Shown in pieces: positions 1 to 11,345 of a stretch of DNA of 64,000 bases (position 1 is its first letter; every line of letters starts with the position of its first letter). The stretch comes from Neoconidiobolus thromboides FSU 785. Lineage: Eukaryota > Fungi > Entomophthoromycota. A model generated the notes under the pieces. The model did not search any database, was not told the DNA's origin, and worked only from the letters and a program-made list of their open reading frames with translations. The translations under genes were made by a program, and so were the position numbers. The stretch spans positions 1 to 64,000 of the forward strand of contig MU626279.1 in the NCBI GenBank assembly GCA_025603075.1, in the 5' to 3' direction.

Positions 1-2
1 TA

Positions 3-107
3 TATGAGAGTGTTTTTTTTGACTTCATTATTTTTTCCATTTTTTAAGCGCCATTTAAGCGGAAAATTTGTTAGTCAAATTCTTAAACACAAAAATACAT
101 CCCCATA
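3..107 (+). mobile_element. MITE family A, copy 1 (~105 bp)
   Basis: TATGAGAGTGTTTTTTTT...AAAAATACATCCCCATA; the internal sequence is shared with 11 other copies in the window. Confidence 0.85.
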
Positions 108-754
108 TTATAAATAATTATAAAGCTGATAGAACGATCTTTTTTAATAATAAAGTATTTAGTACAAGGTTACATTTTAATAATGTTAAATATAATTATA
201 ATGTATGGGGATGTCCAAATTGATTTCAGAATTTAGTTAAAGATTAATCCAAATTTTAAGTTTTTAAATTTATGAGCCCTTAATATATGACTGTAAGTTT
301 GAGAAGCTTAAAATCATATATTTTCTACTTAAAAAATTTATTCCAATTGTTTTGTTTTTTTATACGATTAAAAAAAATAACCATATGGCTTATACTACTT
401 TTATTAAATATTTGATAGATATATAATATATTTATATATAGTTATTTGACTTTATTTTTTATTGAAATTAAGACGAAACCCAAACTTTTATAGTTAAACT
501 TCGAAATGGAATTTTTAAAAATTTTAATATAATAGGGAAAAGCACATTATATAAGCGTTATAATTTATTTGTATCAATTTTAACAACTATTTAAAATAAC
601 CCAGAGTTTATGAGGTTTCCTAATAAAAAAAGTATAATTAAAGTTTATTATTATCAATAATAAACTTAATCAAGCAATGTATAAAATTAGTGTTTTAAGG
701 GAAATAAAAAATAAAAAATAAGAGTTAGCATTATTATTAACTATAACTTCAGTA

Positions 755-859
755 TATGGGGGTGTTTTTTTTGGCTTCATCATTTTTTCCATCTTTTAAG
801 CGCCATTTGAGCGGAAAAATTATTAGCAAAATTCTTAAACACAGAAATACATCCCCATA
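755..859 (+). mobile_element. MITE family A, copy 2
   Basis: TATGGGGGTGTTTTTTTT...GAAATACATCCCCATA; closest to consensus. Confidence 0.9.
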
Positions 860-1011
860 TTCTTTTGGTGAATGTAAAAGCTTTAGATTTAATATAAGTA
901 AAAATCAATATGATTATTCAAAAATAAGTAATAATGGTAATAAAATATTAACGTTACAACCTATCATTAAAAATACAAAAAAAACTAAAGATGAACAAAT
1001 TGAAACTATTA

Positions 1012-1116
1012 TACGAGAGTGTTTTTTTTGACTTCGTTATTTTTTCCATTTTTTAAGCGCTGTTTAAGCGGAAAATTTGTTAGTCAAATTCTTAAACACA
1101 AAAATACATCCCCATA
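1012..1116 (+). mobile_element. MITE family A, copy 3
   Basis: Differs from copy 1 by 4 substitutions, all transitions. Confidence 0.85.
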
Positions 1117-1668
1117 AGATAATGATAAAATAATTTAAAGCTATGTCAGGTACTTTTGCTTTTTAATAGAGAATTTATTTTTATAGAATTTTAATCAAAA
1201 TTTTAAAGTATAAAATTTTTCAAAATTAATAGAAATGAAACTAATTCGGACACCTCCATATTTAAAAAGTAAACTAATTTTTATAAAAACTTTTTTTAAA
1301 AAACAATAACAAAAAATATTAGTTTCTATTAGCTGACAAAAAATATAAAAAAATTAGAAATTAGATATAAAAGTTTTATTAATATAATATTATAACTTAT
1401 AATAAACTATTAATATATTCTTATCAGCTTTTGATCAATTATATTAAATTATTATAATAATAATATAAGGATATTTTTTTGATTTCATCACTTCCATTTT
1501 TTAAGTGTATAAACTTTTTACAATTTAATTCGAAACAAAAAAGCTATCTGTTCATTTTTTTTAGTATTTTTAAAATTTTTGGTTAGCTCTATATATAGTA
1601 AGGTTTGAGATTGAAGCATTGATCTAAAAACACTAGTTTATTTATTGGTAACAGAATAGCTCTTAATC

Positions 1669-3243
1669 TTAAGAAGTGCCATTAGGATTAGGTGTAGTAA
1701 TGACATCTTTAAAGCATTCTTCAACTAAGTTGAAAGGCTTGCTTGTAATAGATTCTTCTAAGTAAGCTTCAAAACCACCAATAAGATTCAATTTCTTATC
1801 TAAAAAGTTCAAGAAGCTAGTAAGTTTACAGGTACCATTACACCAAGAAGTTATTAATGGGTTTCCATTATAAAAAGCTCTCAAATGGAATTGGTCTAAA
1901 TCTTTAGAAGTGCAATCCTTCTTCCACAACTCAAATTGCATGTTGGAAGAGTATGGTGGCCAGCGCATATCGGTGGCATTGATAGCACCTAACAATGGAA
2001 TGATGGAGGTATCATGGGCGGAGTAATAGTACAATTTCTTTAATTCACCCATTTGTTTGATGCTACTATGATTATAATCAACAAGTTTCTTACTATCAAT
2101 GTTCTTAGCAACGTGGGATAATAGAGTACGCTTCATTTCTAATAAAAAGGCACCCATTCTTAATTTAGCTAAGCTTGGGAATTGGTGTTCATTATCACGG
2201 AACAATAAACGATATTGAGTATTTCCAGCAACCATAGTGTTATCAATAATCTCTTGAGTAACGCATTTGGAGCCATCTTTAAGGTTACAGATAGCTGGCA
2301 TTTTATGGCAGGTTCTAGCCTGTAAGATATCAGTGAAATAAGCAAAATCATAGGCTTTAGCGTATTCTACACGCTTGGTAGTATTGCTATCAACTACAAT
2401 TGATAAAAAGTTTTTTCTATCAACTAAAGTCTGATTTAATAACTTTTGCATTGGGACGGATTCACGTACTTTTAACTCCAAGTTTGCTAAGTTAGGACAA
2501 TTCTTTGGGTTAGGTAAAATGTATTCAGTTTCAGTTGGTAAAGAATAGATAGGTAATTCGTACTTTTTGAACTGTTGAGGAGTAAATTGTTGGTTATAAT
2601 TATATGGGAACATACCCGACATTAAAGAGATAGCAGATTGATGTGTACGCCATACATCAGTAGCTCTAACAAACACATCCTTCTTGGCTGAGTGCCAGTC
2701 TTTGTTTAAGAATTTCAGTTGTTCAATGTAGATTTTATTTAAGTTTTGGCCCAACTTAAATTGATAAGCCATACCCTTAGGTGTCAATTGGCCGGTGGAA
2801 CAGCTACCTGGCCAGTATAGGCTGGAGTAAGGGTTTAAACTACAGTAGTTAAATGGGGAATCGGCAGGATTACAACTGTTCTTAAAATATTTAGTACTTT
2901 GAACAAAGGTTACGTTGTGGACATGGGTTTGTTCTAAAGCACAATTCCAGGCATCTTTCTCATGACCTTGTGGTAAATAATTGATAGGAGTACGATCACC
3001 ATGACGTCCCATCCATATGGTAGTGATTAATTTACCATCTTTAAACTAAAGTATAAAAATCAATTAATTTATGTTACTTTTGTTACTATTTAATTGAATT
3101 ACCAAAGGTTTGTAAGTTTCAGGGTTTGGTAAACCAGCTTCACAGTAAGTGTATCCACCTGTAAGTTGATCAGATGCAGGTGCATCAAACTCAGCGTTAA
3201 CTAATACTAAACTAGTTAAAATTAAAAGGTTGTTAACCAACAT
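1669..3243 (-). CDS. Secreted histidine acid phosphatase (paralog 1); exons 3243-3103 and 3045-1669
   Basis: RHGDRTP and YSAHDTS catalytic motifs; signal-peptide-like MLVNNLLILTSLVLVNA; a 57-bp GT-AG intron at 3046-3102 gives an in-frame join. Confidence 0.92.
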
Positions 3244-4033
3244 TTTGCAAAAGTATTAAAGATTTTTGACGTATTTACGTTTCTTTTTATATTAGTTATT
3301 ATAAAAACTATTTTTATATCTTCTCTATAAAATATTTTCAACTCGAACTTTGAATCCTTGAAGAATAGAATTGAATTAGCATGACCTTTATTATATTGAC
3401 TTTTTTGCTTTAATTCTCAATAAATCACTTTATTTCCCTTTTTATAAAGGGAAGTTATCTTAAATTATTAAGTGAAATTATTAATTTTTGAAACGAAATC
3501 ACTTTATATAGTAGATAACTTGATATTATTCATGTTGATCAATTTAAAAATTGGTTTATTTTATTAAATTAATATTTTTTAGTTCAATTTTAGTCTCGTA
3601 GTATTTATAATAATAATGATCTATTATTATGATATGTAAAAAAGAATTGAAAGCCCAATTGTAACAACTCTTATTAGTATGCTAAAAATCAGAGGTAATA
3701 TAGAGGCACTTATTTTAAAATACTGAAAAAATAATTCTTACTAATGAATAAAAATTCAATAATATTCTAATAATATTCACTATTCAAAATCAGGTGCTAT
3801 ACTTTTAATAATAGTATAAATAAAATATTTATTCTTAAGTGAAACTTCAAAAAATGTGGGGTAAATTTACCGAAATTAATACAATTCAAATATTAAAGAA
3901 TAAACAATATGAAAAATGAACTGTCAAGGTGTTTTTAGAACTTATAGCACCTTAACTTTAAATGTTATAAAGTATAAATGTGTAAAAATATACCAAGAAT
4001 TCTTTGTTTTTATTCAATTAGAAAAAACACACC

Positions 4034-5608
4034 ATGTTAAATTTACTTTTACTATTAGCTGTTGGCGTAGTAACCAGCAACTACCCAGGTTATGAGAATG
4101 ACAAACTTGATGGCTACAACTATTGTGAAGCTGGACTACCTAATCCAGACACTTATCAGCCAATGGTAAACTTTGATTAGCAACTTAAAAGTATAAAATC
4201 TAATTTTAGTTAGTTTAAGAACGGTAAGTTACTTACATCGATATGGATGAATCGTCATGGTGATCGTACGCCTTACAATATGCTCCCAGAAGGGTATGAA
4301 AATGAGCCATGGAGCTGTGCTTTGGAACAATCCCATGTTGATAACTTAACATTCAAACCAAGCACCAAATACTATCAAAACAGCTGTGACCCTAATGTCT
4401 CTCCATTCAATTATTGTAGTTTGAACCCATACTCCAGTTTATTCTGGCCTGGAAATTGTTCCGCTGGTCAATTAACTCCAAAAGGAATGGCCTACCAAGT
4501 TAAATTAGGACAAAACTTAAAAAAGATTTATCATGAAAAGACAGGTTTAATTCAAGAAAATTGGTTAGGAAATCAAAAAGATATCTTAGTTCGTGCTAGT
4601 GACGTTTGGCGTACCCATCAATCCGCTATCTCTTTAATGTCAGGTATGTTTCCATTCAATTATAACACTCAATTTGATTCAGCTCAATTCCGAAATTTGG
4701 AATTACCTATCTTTACCTTACCAGCTGAGATTGAATATATGGTTCCTAACCCAAAGAATTGTCCAAATATTGCTATTTTGGAGAAAAAAATTACACAGTC
4801 AAAAGCAATGAAAGAGTTATTGAATTTCACTTTACCTGATCGTAAACAGTTCTTAGATATGGTGTACGACTCAAACAGTACCAGAAAGTTTGAGTATAAC
4901 AGAGCTTTTGATTTCTTTTATTTTACTGATATTTTCCAAGTTCGTAAATGTCATAACAAGAAAAACATCTGTTCAAAGAGAGATCCTACTAACTGCGTTA
5001 CCCCAGCTATGGTTGATAATACCATGATTGCCTCCAATGGACAATACCGTATCATGTATCGTGACAATGAGGCTCAATTCCCATTATTAGCTAAGTTAAG
5101 AATGGGTCCCTTTTTATTAGAAATGAAACGTAAGTTTTTGGCTCATATTGCCAATCTCGAGAAAAGTGATAAAATCATTGACTTCAACCATCCTGCTTAT
5201 TCAATGATGGGTCAATTAAAGAAGATCTATTACTATTCTGGCCATGATACCTCAGTTACTCCATTACTAGGTGCCTTGAACTCTACTGAAATGCGCTGGC
5301 CACCTTATTCTTCAAACATTCAATTTGAATTATGGAAAAAGGATAGCAAGAAGTGCAAGAGCAAAAATAGCATCTTGAATCAATATTTTATTCGCATGTT
5401 TTATAATGGCAAATCTTTAGTTACTTCTTGGTGCCCAGAGTCCGGCTGTTCCATCCATAAATTTTTAGGCTATTTAGATAATGACTTGGGACTTATTGGT
5501 GGGTTTGAAGCTTACTTGCCAGAATCAGTTAGAAATAAGCCTTTCAATTTGGTTGAAGAATGCTTTAAAGATGTCATTACTACACCTAATCCTAATGGTA
5601 CTTCTTAA
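4034..5608 (+). CDS. Secreted histidine acid phosphatase (paralog 2); exons 4034-4165 and 4214-5608
   Basis: RHGDRTP and YSGHDTS motifs; signal-peptide-like N-terminus; 48-bp intron at 4166-4213 in the same position as in paralog 1. Confidence 0.92.
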
Positions 5609-6041
5609 TAAAAATTCATACTTAAATTAAAAACTTGATGGGAAAAGATATATTTAGTGTTTTAATATTTTAACATATAACTATCTAATTCTAACCCAAT
5701 TAAATTAATAATCAAAGTAGAATTGACTGCTTTTAATTGGATTCAAACAAGGATAATAAATACAGTTACTAAAACTTAAGATGACATTTTAAAATTTCTC
5801 AGCATTAATCAGCAAATATTTTGCACTAAATCGACACTGAGAATTTATATAAGATTTTTTGTTAAATTCAAACAAAAATTTAGTTTATGAAATTTATCAT
5901 TGGCTTGCTCAAACTTTGAATAACCTTAAATTGTTATCTAGTAAATTGATGATGCTATTTCTACCCAATATGTATTTCAATAAGAGAATATCAGTTATTT
6001 ACTTTCCTTTTACCATGTTCTTATTTTTTAATTATAAAAGA

Positions 6042-6141
6042 TATGGGACGTTTTTAGTTTCATTACTTTTCCATCTTTTAAGCACTGTTTGAGTGGAAAA
6101 ATTGTTAGTAAAATTCTTAAATACAAAAATACATCCCCATA
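6042..6141 (+). mobile_element. MITE family A, copy 4
   Basis: TATGGGACGTTTTT...AAAAATACATCCCCATA. Confidence 0.85.
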
Positions 6142-6236
6142 TATTTTTGTATTTAAGAATTTTACTAACAATTTTTCCACTCAAACAGTGCTTAAAAGAT
6201 GGAAAAAATAATGAAGTCAAAAAAAACATCCCCAAA
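6142..6236 (-). mobile_element. MITE family A, copy 5 (inverted, abutting copy 4, missing ~10 bp of the inner TIR)
   Basis: TATTTTTGTATTTAAGAATTTTACTAACAATTTTTCCACTCAAACAGTGCTTAAAAGATGG...AAAAAACATCCCCAAA is the reverse complement of the family. Confidence 0.85.
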
Positions 6237-6482
6237 TATTATTTAATTATTTATTAAATCTAATACTGCCTAGACTTTAACTTTTATTATGTTTTATAGT
6301 AGTACTATAAATAAAAAGTAGACTTATCAAAGTTGTGAAATATTGCTTTGACAGCTCTATGATTGATTATAACATAACAATAACTTAAGCTGTTGTGTTC
6401 TCAAGTTCAGTGACAATCAATTCAGAGTCCCTTATTTTTATTTTTTCCGAGGATTTCTAACTTCACATCACTAAGAATACTA

Positions 6483-6788
6483 CCCTCTCGTTTTCATCCT
6501 CTCGTTTTGATATCCATACTTGTTGGAGTATGAAAGAGATTCAACATAATAACTCGAGGCTTTTTAATTGAATTATTCGTTGATATTGTACCTTTAAAGC
6601 CAATAAATCTGTCTGATAATATTTTACATAGATTTTGCAATAGTGTCATCTATTCTATTTGTCCTACATAGCCCATAGCCTGTTATATGCTATTGTTCAT
6701 AATTCAAGTCTATCTTAGTTACATAAACTAAGACATTTCGACTTACGACTAATTAATCAACCAAAAACTGCTTTTGACTCTAACCACT
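6483..6788 (-). mobile_element. Decayed Penelope-like retroelement RT thumb fragment
   Basis: One frame with in-frame stops: QFLVD*LVVSRN..TK....HITGYGL...IIRQIYWL*RYNINE...KYGYQ, resembling the FLD.L.SR..TK..HTG.YL...R..R.CSNE..NGYP pattern of PLE RTs (by eye). Confidence 0.5.
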
Positions 6789-7157
6789 AAGTGCCAGATT
6801 TTATAAAGTCTTAATATATATAAAAAATAAGCTTAGAGAATTTTACCTATTTTATCTATTTTATCTATTTAAAGCTGATATTTTTTATAAGCTAGCAGCT
6901 AATGATAAAATTATTGTTTCAAAATTGCTTGTTTTATTTATGTTATTATTTACTAAATAGTTTTATTAATACAGATGCTTATAAATAAATGAAAATATTA
7001 ATTATTATGAATTAATTTTTTTTTACCATTTATAAAACATTTAAAATTGTTATACATAAGTTTACTTAATTTCCTGGTTTTTATGATGTTATTAGTTAAT
7101 TTGAACCTGCTTTTTTAGTTAATTTAATCATAAAAATAGAAACTCTCATTATTTAAA

Positions 7158-7250
7158 TATGGGGATGTATTTTTATGTTTAAGAATTTTACTAACAATTT
7201 TTCTGCCCAAATAGCCCTTAAAAGATAGAAAATAATGAAGCCAAAAAAAA
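7158..7250 (-). mobile_element. MITE family A, copy 6 (one TIR lost)
   Basis: TATGGGGATGTATTTTTATGTTTAAGAATTTTACTAAC...AATGAAGCCAAAAAAAA. Confidence 0.85.
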
Positions 7251-8448
7251 ATAAAAGTTAAATTTAATAATATTGATTATAATACTAACTTAACTAAACC
7301 TTTTTTATCAAAACCCTTGATTTTTCATTTTTATTAAGTTTAGATTAATCTTTATTCAAAAGTGTTTTTTTGGTTATATAGTAAATTTTATATAAGTTTT
7401 ATAGATTATATTTTTATTTATTCATGACAAAAAATCTTTATAATTTATATTGTAATATAAATAAAGTCTATATAGAATAATTATAAAAAGTAACAAAATT
7501 AGCTTTAAAAACACTAATTTTTTTAATTCTTGCTTGTTATGAGCAGTGCTTTATCAAAATAAAAGAACTAAAGGAAAAGAAGAAGCTACAAAACAAATCA
7601 TCAAGGCAAGGGATGAAGAAAAAAGGAACGTAGGAATTTAAAAAATAATAGGAAGGTCATGGAGGAAAAATGACGTGTTGTTCCACAACTTCACTCTAGG
7701 GCCAAACAAAATACTGGAAAATAATTTCTCACTTTATAAGAGATTAAAAATCTCTCAAAGGTTAACAATACTTATAAATGAGAGTCTGTTATTTTTTTGC
7801 TACAACTATAGAGAATAAAGAGCTCGAGGATTTATAGTTGAGCTTATTAAAATGTTTATAAATAATTCATGGTATTGGATTAGTAATAAAAGGTAAGGTT
7901 TTGGATGAGACTAGAGGAAATAATTATTTAACAAGAAAAATGAAAGTGAAAAACCTTACCTTTAATTGTTAAAACAGTTAATATACTGATACAAAAGATA
8001 CTCTTATATTTAGTTAACCTCTTCTATTACAAATTAATTCCATATTTTACTTCATAAAGCCAATCAATTAGTTGATTAGTCTATTTTTTTCGTCTTTATT
8101 GGTTGAAATTTTCGTAATATCATCGAATCAATTTCATTTTTTTAGTATACACAGCTAGAGATGTAGTAACTATCTAAATTGTTTGGTCTAATTTATAAAA
8201 AATTACATAATAACTAAAATTAACCAATAATTTAATTAATATATGATGATAGCCTTTACCCATCCAAATAAGTGAACAGGTTAATACATAAAGCAAAAAA
8301 GTAAACAAAATTAATTATAGTTTATTAAATATATCCATATTTTTATTGATAGATATGAAAAATAAAATAATGAGAGTGTTAATATTATATAAATAAAACT
8401 TATATTTTAAAGTACTTGTATGGGCATTTCAACTTGAAGCCCATCAAT

Positions 8449-9459
8449 TTATCCTCTCCTAAAGATATCATCAAATAAAAACCCAATTCCTTCTGCTATC
8501 TTTCGGTTAGCTCGAATAATAACAAAAGGTGTAATAAAGCAGCTTATGGAATATAATAATGTGTAAATGCATTGGATCCAAACTGGTGCTTCATTCTGAG
8601 TTATGTTTTCATATAACACAAAGCAGATAAAAGGTACGTGAGTGCAAGTATATACAATAGTAGCTGGTAGAAATTTCCTTAAAATAGCTTTTTCAGAGGC
8701 GCTTGCTACTCTTTGTGGGCGCGACTTATTGATCCAATGTACTTTTGATTTGCTTGACTCCACATCTGATAGTTGTATTGGCTCTGTTTGCTCAACTGTG
8801 CGTTTGTTTGAAGTGTTAGGAGTTATAGAATCTGAAGTTGATTTTAGTAAATCACTAAACTTAAGAAGGATCATAAATGCGAAAAAAGCGTGTGTTATAC
8901 CTCCAAGTACCATGATGCAAAGGAATATTATGGTTATTGTCAGAGATAGTGGGTCATGAGAAGTATAGGGGACAGTCACTATCAAAGCACTTGAATGTGG
9001 GGAAAATACATTTAAAATACCAACTGATATTAGTAATACTATACATGTAGCCCAATAAACAATTAATGTGACAAACCAGTATATAGGTTTTATTTTCCTT
9101 TCTAAAGCGACTAACCAGAAGTAGTAGGAATATCTCATGCCAACTGAAAAAGGGAAGGTCAGTAACCCCAAATTAAATAAAAAGCCAAGTAATTGGTATA
9201 ACCATATTGGAAGTTGACCATGGTCATTTACAAGCCATGATATTGATAAAGTAATGGTTGATATTGAATACATCAAAACAGGCAGTATCATATGAGCAAT
9301 TAGTGTATTTCCAACTCGATCCCTTGAAAACATACGATCCCTTAACAAAACAACACTAATCAACATCATTGGAAAAAGGCTCAATGTGCAAAAGACAATA
9401 TTTATTATATGGAATACATGAAGCAGTATATGTTCGGTATCATATTCTCCCATGGGCAT
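8449..9459 (-). CDS. Intronless 7TM receptor, rhodopsin (class A)-like, 336 aa
   Basis: Seven hydrophobic segments; MRY at the end of TM3, CTHVP in TM6, TP in TM7, long third intracellular loop, helix-8-like NRKIAEGIGFLF. Confidence 0.75.
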   Translation of the reverse strand: MPMGEYDTEHILLHVFHIINIVFCTLSLFPMMLISVVLLRDRMFSRDRVGNTLIAHMILPVLMYSISTITLSISWLVNDHGQLPIWLYQLLGFLFNLGLLTFPFSVGMRYSYYFWLVALERKIKPIYWFVTLIVYWATCIVLLISVGILNVFSPHSSALIVTVPYTSHDPLSLTITIIFLCIMVLGGITHAFFAFMILLKFSDLLKSTSDSITPNTSNKRTVEQTEPIQLSDVESSKSKVHWINKSRPQRVASASEKAILRKFLPATIVYTCTHVPFICFVLYENITQNEAPVWIQCIYTLLYSISCFITPFVIIRANRKIAEGIGFLFDDIFRRG

Positions 9460-10699
9460 CTTGGATTCAAAAAGAGTAAAAGTTTAAGTTAAACTTAATT
9501 TTTCATTACTTAAATTCCCGTAAGCCACATTTACTATTTATATATTATTTTCAAACTCATCCCTAGCTATTATTTTATTTTTGAAACCTCTCTTATTCTA
9601 AATCATAAAGTAACTTGTATTAAATCTATACTTAAATTGATTGGCCATACAGTAAAACTTTATTCTTAAGCTAATAAAAATGAGTAATGGTTCAAAGTTG
9701 ATAATAAACAGTTCGTTCTTTGTAACCTGTTTAATGAGCTAAATATACTATCATAAATAGTATTTATAGTAGCTTTAACTATTTTATATTTATAATCCAA
9801 TAGAGCCTAGAATTATATAATATTATAGTTATCTTTGAATATCAAAGTTGCTTTATAAAATTAGCTACTTTATGGGTGAACTTAATTCATAAAATTCTTA
9901 ACTAAGGCTTTGAATTGAAAAGATGTAATGCCGGATACACACTGTTATTAAGCATATCAAATTTGGCTTAGATTGGAAAGGATATTTTTATTTACCAAAT
10001 TTAGCCAAGGTTTTAGTTTTCAAGTAAAATCTAGTTCATTAGCTATATAGTTATTTAAATTCAAACGTCTGCTATATAATGTAGATCTTTATAACCAATA
10101 AAGTATTATTATATTAATTTAACACGCAATGCTTAATTTTTTTATTTTAAATGACCAGTTAACAAGTACTAATTTGAACTTAATCGATTGCAAAATTATA
10201 ACTAAGCGGATTCCACTATTATTTTTATTATTATTACAATTCTATTAACATCACCATCAATTATTGTGTTAAAATAGGTTATTTTAATATAATCTAAGCT
10301 TTAATAAGGACCTGATCCACTTATTTAATGTGTTTTAAGATCATAGTAAAGCGGTGAGGGAAAAAAGCTACCGACCTTTTAGTTTCTGGTACCTTAACGC
10401 TTTAATCAAGGTATATTTAATAAAGTATATGTATTATGCTACTTATATTTAAATCAAAAAGAATAAATTGGGATTTTGAGACATTTATTAATTAAAACTA
10501 ACGGAAATTTTAATTTATTAGTTTTAACCAAAGTAATAATACAAAAATAAAAATAATACAATATGCAATAATTTCATTCAAAATTCAACTATATTAATAT
10601 AAAATATATATGGATGATACCAGACATAAATTAAAATTTACTTATAGATATTACATAATTTCTACTTTAAATGAGTAGTTAAGATATAAAATTATTTTG

Positions 10700-11345
10700 A
10701 TGTGTATTTCATTTTTCTTAAAGTAGAAATCTCACCATCGCACCCCTCTGTTCTCGGTATTTTATCGAGCCATCGAAATAAAGAGTTCCTTCATAGTTTA
10801 TAGCCGTATTAGACACCAAATCCTCTCAATTTTTTTAGTTAAGATCGAGTGCGGCAAACTAAAATTTATACATTTTGTTTCAATGTTTCAATAATAAGCT
10901 GCTTAAATATAGAAAATAATAAGTTTAGTATCCTGATCGAATGTTAAATTCATTTGAACATTATATAATATATAGTAAGATTACATTACTTTTCTCAGGA
11001 TGTGTTGTAAAATCTCTGATAATTAATTATATAGCTTCTCCGGTGTTTAAAGCTATATTATAGTTCAATATAACAGCCATTGATTGAAGCTTAATTAGAC
11101 TATTTTTAACAACCTACTATGATATCTAAATGCCTTAAATTACCGAGATTAAATTACCCGTTGAATTCAAAGATATTTGCTTCCAAGATTAGACAACCAT
11201 AAGCAAATGTAATTCAAAATAACTCAGTTAATGACTCTTGAATTTATTGTATAACTTCGGCATTTCAAAGGTTTTACAAAGTTAAAACTAATTTTTTAGT
11301 ATGAGTTGATAGTTATGCTTGGGATAGATTTATATAAATCCATTC
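10700..11345 (-). mobile_element. Decayed Penelope-like retroelement RT core
   Basis: LYKSIP (~11320), about 47 codons later CLILEANIFEFNG (11157-11192), about 48 codons later NYQRF, then ALDL; order and spacing match the PLE RT motifs SLYT.IP / L.NNYFEFNG / Y.RYIDD / FLD, with stops and frameshifts. Confidence 0.55.

Larger units (their letters stand above)
204..1260. mobile_element. ~1.06-kb non-autonomous TIR element with ends related to MITE A; contains two nested MITE A copies
   Basis: Left end TATGGGGATGTCCAAATTGATTTCA vs reverse complement of right end TATGGAGGTGTCCGAATTAGTTTCA: 20/25 identical, TA at both outer ends. Confidence 0.6.

Noticed and set aside
756-1031. Short ORFs starting MGVFF/MGMFF/MRVFF/MKVFF (756-1031, 6032-6235, 37917-38132, 45850-46092) and 11968-12261
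   Set aside because: They arise from reading through MITE A copies (the TIR supplies an ATG or alternative start); the shared peptide reflects repeat identity and the downstream parts are unrelated.
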